A stretch of DNA of 64,000 bases from Tubiluchus corallicola. Taxonomy: Eukaryota; Animalia; Priapulida. Below, in pieces: positions 52,301 to 64,000 of this stretch; position 1 is the first letter of the stretch, and each line of letters opens with the position of its first letter. The notes below the pieces were generated by a model. It saw only the letters and a list, made by a program, of their open reading frames with translations, did no database searches and was not told the DNA's origin. The stretch lies in NCBI GenBank assembly GCA_030141605.1, contig JAQGDQ010000002.1, positions 2,976,001 through 3,040,000 on the forward strand, written 5' to 3'. The position numbers and the translations under genes are program-made.

Positions 52301-55300
52301 AAACTGAACTGAACGCGTGTGCATATGTCGCAGGTTGGTTGGAGAGTAAGTGCCAAAATGACATTTCTTTTCCCGAGGATGAGCCTCTCCTTTCTGAGGA
52401 AATGAAAATTTTCATTGAAGAAGTGTCTAGGGGAGGTCTTACAGTGCCCCACACATTCACGTTCGAATTCGTAACAACTGGCTTGTGTTTTGTGAAGAAG
52501 TCAACTCACACAGTCTGCTGCCGCAACAAGCTCATGAACATCCTCTCCATAATCAATGCCTATTTTGATTTTGGACAATTTTCAAGAAATGCTCTGAGAC
52601 GCCTGGCAAAAGTACTGCTGCGTGGACTACACAATTTGGAGAAGGATCACCAGCAGAACTCAGCCCTTTACCAGACCTCCATTAAGAAGGCGCGACTAGC
52701 CGACTAATTGTCGCAAACATCTCTGCAAAATGGTGAGTGCAATAATTTCATGTATTCTAATTTACACAGAGGAACCTATGAATGAGTTTATATAGTCCTG
52801 ACAAAATGGTGCAGTCTGTTTATTCTCTATAGAAAGTGACAGGTAATCTTCGGGACACAATGAGTTGCAGATATGGTGTGTTTTTTTTTGGGGGGGGGAT
52901 ATCATAGGTACCACTGTTTTTAAATTACTAGATGACTGAGGAATATGTTCTACGTGTATTGTGGCATGCTATAGGTCACCATGGGGGGTAAATATGTCCA
53001 CATTATTAGCACTAAATGTTAAAAATAGATCGCCTCCGCTAGCCAAATCAGAGATTTCAGCGTGCCCGTCCTGTAGTATAGTAGTCCTTGCCATTAGCTC
53101 AAAACAGTCCCAAGCACAGGTCATTCTGAGGCATGGTTTAAATTTGTGTATATTTTTTGTAAATTGCACTAAAGTCTTTCAACCGAAATGAGGAACTTAG
53201 GAATTAATTCGGCTTCAGTAAGCATAATAAGTGGCCCTGCTTACGAGGGACAAAAAACAAAAAGATTTGTACCTGTCTGAGGAAGTCCTGCACAATGCTG
53301 TGCTCAGATACTTGTGAACCTATAGCAAACCGGCGTTTTAGCTGCTTCTCTATTCGATTTAACATTTCCTGATCTTCTTGTGATGTAAATCCTTCTGCTC
53401 CTGAAACAAGTCATAAACAATGATTACAAAAGGACAAAATTTCCGCATGGGTAAAATACTACATTCTACAGTCAAACCTCGTTATGCCCTCAGCCTCACT
53501 ATAACCACAACTTTTGCCCTGTCCCAATTTGCATAATATATTAAGTATAGAGAATACTGTCAACCTCACTTACCACCATACGCCAACTTCACCATACACC
53601 ATACGCATATTCTGCTGCGCCAAAAACCTATTGTACATAATAAATCTACCCCATTATAATGCCAGCCAAGATAAAGTACAATGAATTGCTGTTCAAAAAC
53701 AGCCATTGGATTGTAGAAAACAGTCATTTGTAAAAACAATTATGTATTTTAATTAAGGTTTTAGGTCTTGTTGCAAGTGACTGTATGAAAGTGAATGTTG
53801 AGGTTTTCAACAAGGAACATGCATTTTAAGAGAGCAAGAGATGCGTAGCTAAGCCTCAGTGGGGGGGGGGGGGGGGGTCGCATGGCTGCATATTTCTCTT
53901 ATCAGCAGTAGCTAATCATTTCTCTTATCAGCTAATTAACCAGCATTTCACAAGATTGCTTTGTCACGTTGTGTTACGTAAAAGTTTTATAATGTACCAT
54001 CACAGAACTACACCTGCACTGTTAATGCAGCAAAAATATTCAGTATATACCACATGTATTGTCGAGGTATAACAAAATTATACTATTTATCACATATTAA
54101 AATGAACTACGAAGCAAAATAGAGGCTACACAGCACAATGGCTTTGATATTTAATGAACCTCGTCTTTGCTGCCAACCTCGCTATACCACCATATTTAGT
54201 GGTGTTCCAAGCCTGGCGTTATAACGAGGTTTGACTGTATTACAACAATGAGAACAATTTAATTGTAATCAATGTCCTCTGAGCCGTAAAGACAACTAAA
54301 TTGAAAGTACTGCAAATATCATTTTCCGGTGGTCACCTGTCAATTTAATGACCAGGTTAGCACTGCATAATTTCATTTGCTAGCATACACCATGACCACT
54401 TGGCTATTCAACTTTCCCACTGCATGCCGTTCATGCAAAGGATAAATTCGGCAAGATTTGAAAAACATAATTTCATTATTACATAATAATTTCTTCAACC
54501 TAATGTAATTTTTTTTAGTAATTATGTAAACCTAGATAGACTCCATACAGTGTTAAATTTCAGCATCCTATCATAAATCTGTGAGACAAAGTTGAAAAAA
54601 AATTGCAAAAACAACAGCACAAAATGGAACAAATAGTGTTAAATAAAACTGAATTGAACATAATTATCCAGTCGAAGAAGTGGAGATGCAACAAATGTGG
54701 GAATAGCTATTAAATCCTGTGTACCTTGAATACACAGTATCTTGACAAGATGACAAACATCTGATACTCAACACAGCTATTGCATAATAAACTGACACTA
54801 CTTGAAATAAATTCAGACCAATCTAGCATAATTTATTCATAACACTTTTGTTAGAAGCACCTTGTCTACAGAAAATACATATAATCTAGCATAATAGTAC
54901 TTAAACAAATATATCTGTAGATGTAATAAATGCCACACAATTAAGTACCCGAAAGATCTCCTGACATAGCAGCATCTAGCGTGGAAACTTGAAACAATCT
55001 AAGTGCTTCGTCCACATGAACTTCAGTGGCAAATGGTTGTAGCTGCATTTTAGCCAATGACTCTGAGATTCTTACTATAGCTTCTAATTGCCTGTAACAT
55101 AAAATTTTTGCTTTACATTTTACTAAGTGTATTAGTAACTGAATTTCCTTACTTATGTTTAAGTCAGTAGTTCATTCTAATTCGTAAGACAATCTTTCTA
55201 GCACAACAACAAGGACAAACATCTAATGCCTATACTAACTTATTTATTAGCAAAGCAAATTACAAATGCTCAACTATGCAAAACATAAACTAAAATAAAA

Positions 55301-58300
55301 AAATGATGACTAAACAAAAAGGGATGATAAATCTTTCTTGCTTTCACAACCACTATCAGATTTATTTGCCCAACCAGGAGACAAACATGCTATTTGGATT
55401 CGCTGTTCCAGGACTCTTAAATCTAAAACTATGATCACGTTTCAACAGGATCAAAAATGAATGTGAATGGCTTAACCTTATCGTTATTGGAATAGCAGTT
55501 TTCTTGCCAGTTTCTCGCTCTTGTTCACCAGTTCCACTGCGCATTAGCACGTATCTGTTTTTAAGTTTTTCTGCAGCTGCTTCTGACAATCGAGGGCCGC
55601 AGCGCCTATAACATAAAGATGTGAACTTTTGTGTTCATGATAAAAACATTGCAAAACTTTTGTAAATGGGTTCCCAAACATTTTCTCAATTACAGACAGT
55701 TCCAGTTAATTAGTATTTAATCAGAATAAAAATAGATGCATAACACTTAAACAAAACAACTTCGAAGAAGAGAAAACTAAAAAGTTCAAAAGATTCTCAA
55801 GCCCATGTTGAAACAAAGTCACCTTTCTTAGCTCATAAGGGGTGTTATCCCAAGAATCATAAGAAATAATCATACCTTAAATGCTAGTCAGCTCAAACAA
55901 GAATGCCAATAAGTACTAGGAAGTCTGCAAATTATTTATTTTTTCTATAATGTTAAATAGTTATGCAGTGTCTTACGAGAAATCCAGGACCTTAATTCCC
56001 TCAGACAGTAAGGCTTTCTTTTGTGTGTTAATTAGTTTGTGAACACTACACAAAAGAGTAATCTATTAAAAACATCTAACCACAGTGATGTTGATGAATA
56101 GAATCGAGTCCTTCAGTTTTTTTAAATTTCAATATAAAACAGCAGATTTGAAGAAGCAGCACATAACAGGTTTAATTTTATTAGGCTAACAGTACTGCTG
56201 TTTAATAATGACATTTATAATGAGTATTTAAATTTTATAAAAACACTGACTCTTCTAACGTAAATAGGAGTGTTTGAGACAATACCACTAAAAAGAATAA
56301 ATTTCTTGATAAGAGAACCCAGAAAAATAACTAGTTGGGGATGTGAACATTGCAAGAAGTGATTGTTAAATCACAGATTCACATCATTATTTGTGTGCTT
56401 GCACAACAAAATCGTTCACAAGTTGGCAATTAAGCTTTTCTAGTTATTCACATGTCCTGAATCTCCATTTCATGAGGATCATTTCGATATCAAAATCATC
56501 ACTCTTTGTTATTTCTAAGTTAAGATAATCCAAGTTGAAGTTAAGGTGCACACTGCAAAATGTGACCTTGAGAAAATCGCTGTCCACGTTAACCATTGTT
56601 TTTGTCGCATTTCTACAAAACACTTAGCAACCGCACAAAAGTTGGTTGCTATGTCCTTTGCAAGATACTTTGAAGTTACATTTAAATCCAGCAGATTGCT
56701 TTTTAAGACAAAGATGGCAACAGAAAAAAACCTGGGCTTGGCAACAGAAAAAAACCGAAGCAAAATGACTGCTTCCACGAGCTACTATCTGAGTTTGAAA
56801 ATACAAGTTTCTAACAATTGCAGTACTTGTTTATAACCAGAAAAGCGGATATGAGGTTATAAAATTAAATGAGTATTTTTGAGAATTTTTTTGATTATTT
56901 GATGCTAGAATATAAAAGTCCAATACAGTTAGCAATTGTTTTTATAAAAAATGAAAAACTGACCAAATTTTTGACGCATTCTGCCTTGAAGTTTCAACTA
57001 TGCCGATTTATGGACGATTTTGGTTTGCAGGCACACATTTGTGGCCACACACATCAGAAACAAACTATTAGTTTGCTTATTTTGATGAAAAAGATTTTGT
57101 AAGACACTGCAATTGAAATGCACAATTTAGGTGACGCCTCATTATCTTGTACTAAGACTACCTACTTACGTTCGTGCAAATCTGATGTACTTCTTGAGTA
57201 GGTTCAGTGGCAGTTCTCCTTCCCTCTGCTCCTCCATTGTTTGCAAAGCATTCATATGAATGTTCATAACATGTTTGGCTAGAGTCTGAGAACACAAATA
57301 TGAATCAATTAACTATTGACAAACTGATTAATGGCTACATATTATGCTTTTGAGTGTAAAAATTTGTTTTTTATTTTATTCCAGCTCAGATATGGAGAAA
57401 ATGGGCATTTTTATAGACCTTGCAAGTTGTAGTGGTGTACAATTGTCAGAGAGATGAGGGGATACAAGTGAAAAATTTAAATATCAAGTAATAATATTAA
57501 TCTCTATTTAAGAATGCGAAACACGATATTAATCATATCATTAATTGGGATGTAGATTATTGAAAGTTTGTTTGTTCATCTTAGATTACTATTTTGACAG
57601 AAGTGCTATAAATTATAAACAGAATAAACATGTTTATTAGCCACAGATCATCAATCTCTCAGTTATACTGAGCACTGCACAAAATTGCAAAATACTTTAC
57701 AATTTTAATGCAAATTAGCAAGTTTTTCACACCAGTGGACATAACAATGGTTGTCTACAGCATAAGTATATCAGTAGTTTGATAACCCATGAAATTGCTT
57801 TCAATAAGGCAGCACTGATCAAATCCTTAAAACATTACTTGCTGTTCTGCTATTCAGTTTCTTAATTCAAATGTTTAGCTACAGACTCACCATATCGCGT
57901 GCTTCACTATGTTCATCTTTAACAATGAAGATCATGTCAAACCGAGAAAGAATGGTTGGCATAAAATCAATGTTTTCAGCACCCTTTGTGTCATCCCATC
58001 GGCCAAATACACTGTTTGCAGCAGCCAGTACTGAACAGCGTGAATTCAGTGTAGTTGTAATGCCCGCCTGTGAATGTAGTTATAAATCTAAAATATATTA
58101 ATTATATGGTATGTAGATTCATAAAATTCCCGGTTACAGCTCCACTGATGGCACTATTTTCGGCAATGTATATGTAACATCATCATCATACGCAGGGCCG
58201 GAACTAGATGTGGCAAGCAAGGGGGGGGGCGCAAAAATTTTCGGGGGGCGAGGTATCCGAAGTGGTTAAATAATGGTTAAGCCAATTTTTAACCCCTTTT

Positions 58301-61300
58301 ATACTGCATGCAGGCCTATAATTAGCATGTGTGTAGGACGGCGTAGCGGACAGAGCAATAATGAGAAAATTAACTCTCAGTTAACCTAACGTTATTAATG
58401 TGCTTCTAACTAAATTGTTATTTACAAAAATTTATCACACACAAGTTTTAAGAAAATAATACACTGAAGCTACCAAACATTTTTTTTACCTAATTCTAAT
58501 TCATATTGAAAATGATTACATGCGAACTGCAATATTCACTGCAAAAAAATTACTTGTCCGATTTTGCAGGGGGGGGGGGGCGCCCCCCTAGTTCCGCCCC
58601 TGATCATACGCCCGTCACATCTATTGTAGACATTGGGCAGGCAGAATTCTAAAATAAAAGAAATCTGCCCTCAGACAGGTAAACGCAGGAGTAATCCAGC
58701 AAAAAAACTAGACACTGCTATGCCAGTGGCTTGTAAACCTGTCATTACAACTGTAGGAACACAGGAAATCTTCCTCATATTTGGTTCACAATAGCAATGG
58801 CACTATACATAATACACACCCTCCTATTTCCAAAAAATACTATATGTCATGTAAATAGACCAAAAACTGTCAACCAATTCATTGCTAAACAAATTATTAG
58901 TCAGCTCACTTTCCATTTACAAGTACTGTAAAATTAAGGTTGAGCTGATTACATTACAGAAAATAAAGCTAAAAGCAAAATTTAATAGCGAAACTCCAAA
59001 TTCAACACTGTTATAACTAATTTGAATCACGTGAAGAAGCTAACAGCTACTAGGCTGCAAAATGTAAAAACTATAAAATGCAAATGCTTAACTAATTAAT
59101 TTTAAGACTGCATTATTTGTAAGTGTGTATAGTAGCATTTGAATATTTTTTCTCCTTTGAATATAACTTCATCATTCATTACCGATTCAGATTTTCTTTT
59201 ACAAAAGTGATGGAAAAAACATATAAAGCTAACCTTTGCAATAGAAATGGTCTGTTGTTCCATAGCTTCGTGAATTGCAACACGATCATCTTCTCTCATT
59301 TTATCAAATTCATCAATGCACACGCATCCACCATCGGCCAATACCATAGCACCTCCTTCCATAATAAAGTTACGTGATACAGGGTCGCGATTTACAGATG
59401 CTGTTAGCCCAGCTGCACTACTGCCCTTGCCAGATGTGTACACTCCAACTGGAGAAACTCGCTCGACAAACTTTAACAATTGACTCTTTGCTGTTCCTGG
59501 ATCACCAAGTAATAAAAGGTTGACGTCTCCTCGACGAGTGAGTCCATCAGGAAGGCGTTTCCTTGAACCACCAAACAGAAGGCAGGCTATGGCCTTCTTT
59601 ATATTTAGACTACCATATATGGATGGAGCAATGCTTCGAGCAATCATCTCATAAATACCTGAAAACAATTTCGACTTTTATCTAAAAAGGTGCTAAAGTT
59701 TAGGTTTTGCAGTCATGCTGTAAGAACAAATCGAACGAAGTGTTGGAGTTGTTTATTTGTCATGCAGCATATATTAGGCACCTGACAAAGCACGAATTAA
59801 GAAAAATGGCTATAATTCAATTTTTGTAAATCCAATGCTGCCTGAATCCCTATAGATGACATTGTTTTAAGACTATGCATGCAAACTACTATTTAAATAC
59901 AGTAAAGTATGCATAACTCAAACAGAGTGCCATGGTTTGAGTGCAATAACAAAATCAAATATTGCATCATGTCATATCAGCAACAGTCTATGAATTTCAA
60001 TGGATTCTTAAAACATTTGCACACACAACACAACAGTTGCTGTCTGCATGCCAATAGTTGATATTGTTTTAAGACTACATGCACACACTACTATCCAAAT
60101 ACAGTAAACTATGTATAACTAAAAATGGTTATTATTCAATTTTTGTAAATCCAATGCTGCTTGAATCCCAATAGATGACATTGTTTTAAAACAACGCACA
60201 AACACACAGATTACTATCCAAGTAGCGAAATATGCATAACTCAAACACCTCGGGACTGGAAAATTTGTTCGAGTTATGTAAAGGTACGAGTTAAACAGTG
60301 ATTCTGAGAAAACAAGATTGAGTCGCTTATCAATTAATGTTAGACAGTACACTGGGAACATTACAGCCTGTGAAAATGATAAACTGAGCTTTTAATCAAA
60401 TATCAAACAACAATTTTTATGAATAATCAAAAATAAAATGATTGGTCCACCTATATCGTTTGAGATAGGCGAGGTAATTTCAGTCAGATTGTTAAGAATT
60501 GTACCGGGAATTTGGTTCGAGTTACGCGATGTTTGGCAAAATGAAAAACGAAAAGGAAAATCCGTTCTGCGAGACCTGTTTGAGAGACGCAAGAATTTGA
60601 GTAATACCGGTTCGAGTTATACGTAATAAGTTATAAGTACTGGAAAATGTGAACACCCAGTTGGAAATGCCTCATTTGGTAACGTATTGCGACAAAAGGT
60701 CATTCTGCTAGTGCTTAGCTTTAAGAAGCAAACTTCATTAATAATTTAGTTCAAACACTATTTGCAGCTCACAGAAGACAGCAGTTTGCATGAGGATTTC
60801 CATATTACTTGCAGGAACTACAAAGATTTCATAAAAACTTACTTTGTAGTTGTAAAGGCCCTTTGCATATACAGTTCCATTGCGTGTATTTCGAGGACAT
60901 TTGTGTAAGTTTGTGCATTTAGAATAAACAGTTGCAAGTTAATTATTACAAAATTTTTGTGATCATTGGCTGTTTTTGTAATTTTGTGATTTTCTTTACA
61001 AAAATATCACATACCACAGCTTGTGTACAATAACAAAATCAAATATTGCATGTCAATTATTAACAACAGTCTATCAATTTGAATTTCAATGTATTCCTAA
61101 AACATTTGCCCAACACGACAATTGCACATAGCAGAAATGCCTCTATTCTCGACACTCTAGGTGTGAAACTCAAGTTAGGAAATAAATTTCGTCTTTTTTT
61201 AATCTTCGACCTTTTAATGGCCTAGAAACAGAGTGCCTGGTACCATATGTTGTTGCCACACTAATTTGTGTAAATGAATATGTGTTAATATAGAGGCTTT

Positions 61301-63474
61301 TTCCCTTCTAGAAACATTGATAGCCTAAGCTAGGACACTAATTTCAAATGAATAAGTTTCTTTGTAGCTATGTACTAGTAGTGCCGACAGCAAGAACACA
61401 GTAAAGTACCTGGTGAAGAAGCCAAACGTCGAAGCTCCTCTTCCTCACTGGGTGTAATAGATGTCCCAGAGGTAGCTCCAAGGCCTTCTGTGTCAACCTG
61501 TATGCCAACAACACGAAGGTAGGGACTTCTAATGCCAACATTGACCTTTTCTCTTGATGCCTGCAGATTAAACAAATAAAATACAATTAATGTACAAAGA
61601 TAGACAAATTAAAGAAAAATGCTTCAGTAAGTTCCAAATTAAATGGCAAAACAAAAATCAAAACACTCTCATTGTAAAAGATTTAATTTAGGTATTTTGT
61701 CTATTAAAGTGTAGCTTAACCTACCTTAGAAGGTTTAGCATTTTTCTTGATGGAATAAATGCCGATGACGGTTACTCTGTTACCCGGAACTACTTTTTCT
61801 GTCAAATACCTATGTCAGAATATGTGATTTAGGAATTGCACACTGTACTAATTCACAATCATCATGTATCAGTTAGCTGAGTAATGACTTTAGTTAATTT
61901 CCAAGTGTTGTGTAAGCATACAAAACATCCTCAGTAGCAAATTCGATCAGACTAATATTTGTAAAACAATGAGTGTTTCTATAAATAGTTGAACTTGAAT
62001 TTTTACTTATTTTGTCTCATGTAACTACAATCTTACAATAAAGTGTCAGTAACAATTAAGTAGCCAGAAAGAGAGACGGTAAAGAAAGAATATTCGGTTA
62101 ACAAGCATTCATCACCCACTCTTAATACTATGATACAAAAGTACATTTTAGTAAACAGTGGATAGGATTCAACTGATTAAAAAAGTACATTAATAAATCT
62201 AGAATTTCACTTTTATAACAAGATATCTTTTTCGCTATGGATAATGAAACAAAATTACTCTGATGGTACAACTTCTGTCAGTATTGTAACTCTTCGTATG
62301 ATGGAATTAAAATACGGTAAACAATGCAGATTAATATGTTCTGGCATAGACATTTGCTAAGGTGTTGTTCATTTAGAGAACTCTAATGCAGAAGCTGTTA
62401 AAAGCCACACCACCAACTGTTTGCGAAATAGCATGGTGATTGGAAATATCCATTCTAGTAAAGCAACATGAAATTTAACAAACTAAAATGGAAGATTAAC
62501 AAGCTGAAAACAGAAGCAGAACAAAAGCAGTTGTTAAAACTGGTTATATCATCAGTTATCGATCATGAGAGCTAATGCAAAGAAATAAAACATTTTCACA
62601 AGTTCTTTCTTTACCAAAAAATTGTAACTTATTTATATATCAGTTGGTTGTTTTAAAACCCAGACTAGTTTTCTGGGATAGTATATATAATGTCCTCTTC
62701 AAGACCTGCATATGTGAATGTTAAAAAATGGAAAATATTTGTGATCCTACTCACTGTTTCAAGGACTTGCTTGTTTTAATAAACAAATGAACTACCTCTG
62801 ATTAGCAGTTAAGGACATAAAGAAAGACTTCCTATACCTATCGGCAAATAGCAGCATGTGACGAGGCAGTTCCCCCTGAGGTACTGCATCTGGAGCTTCT
62901 TGTAGCTTGATCATCTGATAATCAACACATTTACATTTATCTGGTACAATGAAATATGGATCCAGGGGGCACTTTGGTCTGCCAGCTTGATCACTATAAT
63001 GCATTAAAACCTCAATTATAATACATGAAAAAGAATCTTAATTCAACGAGAAAGCTGCAAATATACAAAAAAAAACATACCTAAAATATATTATCATATG
63101 CCCATACATCTATCGTAGACATTGGCAGGCAAAAATGCCGAACAAAAGAAATCTGCCTCCAAGACAGGTAAACACAGGAATTCAGCAAAAAACTAGACAA
63201 TACTATGCCAATGGCTTGTCATCACCACATCCTATAACCATTACATATATTACATTATTATTATCATTATGTTCATAATAGCAGATCAAAAAGATACTTA
63301 CGTGTTACACTTGCGAGGTAAGGAATATCCCTCCATACCAGGTTTTACGGCTAAGTTGGGTATGTAGGTTCGACAGCTGCGGCACTGAATAGTAATGCGG
63401 GTGGCTTTAGCTTTGATGGCAGATTGAGCGACGATTATTCCTGGTATCTTGACTAGCTTAGAAACCATCTCACT
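49397..63474 (-). CDS. MCM5: DNA replication licensing factor MCM5 (3' 11 exons; 5' part lies beyond the window)
   Basis: Exons on the - strand: 63474-63302, 62993-62838, 61809-61725, 61560-61410, 59658-59234, 58067-57891, 57285-57170, 55605-55477, 55091-54949, 53400-53273, 49498-49397; phases are consistent. Motifs: CRSC...RKCN...[43 protein letters not shown]; C-terminus [12 protein letters not shown]. Confidence 0.97.
49762..53090 (+). mobile_element. Full-length P-superfamily DNA transposon (3329 bp) in the last intron of MCM5
   Basis: 63-bp TIRs at 49762-49824 and 53028-53090 (CAAGGACTACTATACTACAGG..., 3 mismatches); perfect 8-bp TSD CCATTAGC at 49754-49761 and 53091-53098; THAP-transposase coding region inside. 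Confidence 0.96.
50152..52707 (+). pseudogene. THAP-domain P-element/THAP9-like transposase, about 850 aa, with three frameshifts
   Basis: THAP C2CH domain ([10 protein letters not shown]...FTLP...W...ICEKHW...PPSIF); catalytic-region motifs [41 protein letters not shown]. Frame breaks at about 50200, 50620-50645 and 51211-51215. Confidence 0.9.
53469..54237. mobile_element. Tigger/pogo-type MITE in an MCM5 intron
   Basis: Perfect 17-bp TIRs cagtcaaacctcgttat / ataacgaggtttgactg with TA on both sides. Confidence 0.9.
56445..56810 (-). pseudogene. Possible decayed Mutator-like transposase N-terminal fragment
   Basis: Frame ...[56 protein letters not shown]... has Cys/His spacing reminiscent of MULE zinc-binding domains; recognised by eye only. 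Confidence 0.3.
58193..58602. mobile_element. hAT-type MITE (410 bp)
   Basis: 15-bp TIRs cagggccggaactag / ctagttccgcccctg (1 mismatch); 8-bp TSD ATCATACG at 58185-58192 and 58603-58610; poly-G subterminal tracts. Confidence 0.92.
58603..58735 (-). mobile_element. SINE/LINE 3'-end repeat with (ATG)n tail, interrupted by the hAT MITE
   Basis: Homologous to 63093-63220; on the - strand it ends ...gggcgtatgatgatgatg. Confidence 0.7.
59802..60247. repeat. Local mosaic duplications in an MCM5 intron
   Basis: 59802-59923 matches 60121-60247; a partial third copy lies at about 60050-60120; 59942-60020 recurs at 61026-61110. Confidence 0.8.
63093..63220 (-). mobile_element. Second copy of the SINE/LINE 3'-end repeat (uninterrupted)
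   Basis: atcatatgcccatacatctatcgtagacattggcaggc...aaactagacaatactatgccaatggcttgt aligns with 58603-58735. Confidence 0.7.
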
Positions 63475-64000
63475 CTAAAACAATATGTAGCAATTAAAAT
63501 CATTTGACTATGCAAAGTACTCAATGTTTCTATGACAAGGTTAGCAATATCAGATTAAAAATCTACAGAGACCATATGCAGCTCGTCTTAAGCATACAGA
63601 TAAAATGCTATGTTATGATTGTGTTAACGCTGCTATGGATGTCCGGGTAACTTTGTGCGAAAAGTAAACATACACCCTAGTCTGTAAATGAGCTGAAACT
63701 TGACCAGTTATCAGAAGAAATGCTGTTGAATGAAGGCATGACAAATTTTGTGGACAAACAGCACAGTCTAGCAGTGACGACGTCCTTTGATTAATATAGA
63801 GTAAACTCGTTAATGTAGTCAAAATGATGTAGTTTCACTCAGATAACAAACAAATCGCTTAGCAAAATCTAGGTAGTAGATTCCTTAGTTATAGTAATTT
63901 CTACTGTCATTTGGTTAACCAAATAGTGGGAAAACGTAGCTCTAGAAAGTTTGCAGCTTCGAAACCTGCGTGCTACAACTAGTGTTAAACGTTTCTATGA

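Noticed and set aside
51327-52460. Antisense and alternate-frame ORFs within the transposase (likewise 22771-23118, 57871-58101 and 59123-59377 opposite PC/MCM5 exons)
   Set aside because: Shadow ORFs of real coding sequence with no independent motifs.
50152-52707. Domesticated host THAP9 gene
   Set aside because: Intact TIRs, TSD and frameshifts show it is a transposon copy, not a domesticated gene.
17627-63474. U12-type (minor) introns in PC or MCM5
   Set aside because: None of the inferred donors matches RTATCCTT; all are GT-AG except one GC-AG.

Overview
AT-rich, intron-rich nuclear DNA from a bilaterian animal, most likely an invertebrate; the species cannot be identified from sequence alone. 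Four host genes are visible: Pax1/9 (Pox-meso class; + strand, 6775-7886, paired box split by an intron); pyruvate carboxylase (- strand, 20 coding exons, 41119-17627, about 1202 aa, with one GC-AG intron and an AMKI biotin motif); mitochondrial thioredoxin TXN2 (+ strand, intronless CDS, 45787-46269); and the 3' 11 exons of MCM5 (- strand, continuing beyond the window). Introns and intergenic DNA hold many mobile elements. The best preserved is a complete P-superfamily THAP transposon (63-bp TIRs, 8-bp TSD) in the last MCM5 intron. Others are a deleted Tigger/pogo element, several MITEs (one nested, with its empty site visible elsewhere in the window), a stack of LINE remnants in pyruvate carboxylase introns, 5S-like SINE remnants and microsatellites. 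I found no clear new multi-gene system. The best leads are the P element, the pyruvate carboxylase 3' UTR built from decayed copies of its own last exon, the AMKI motif, and the atypical Pax1/9 structure and neighbourhood. All alignments were done by eye; no database searches were run.
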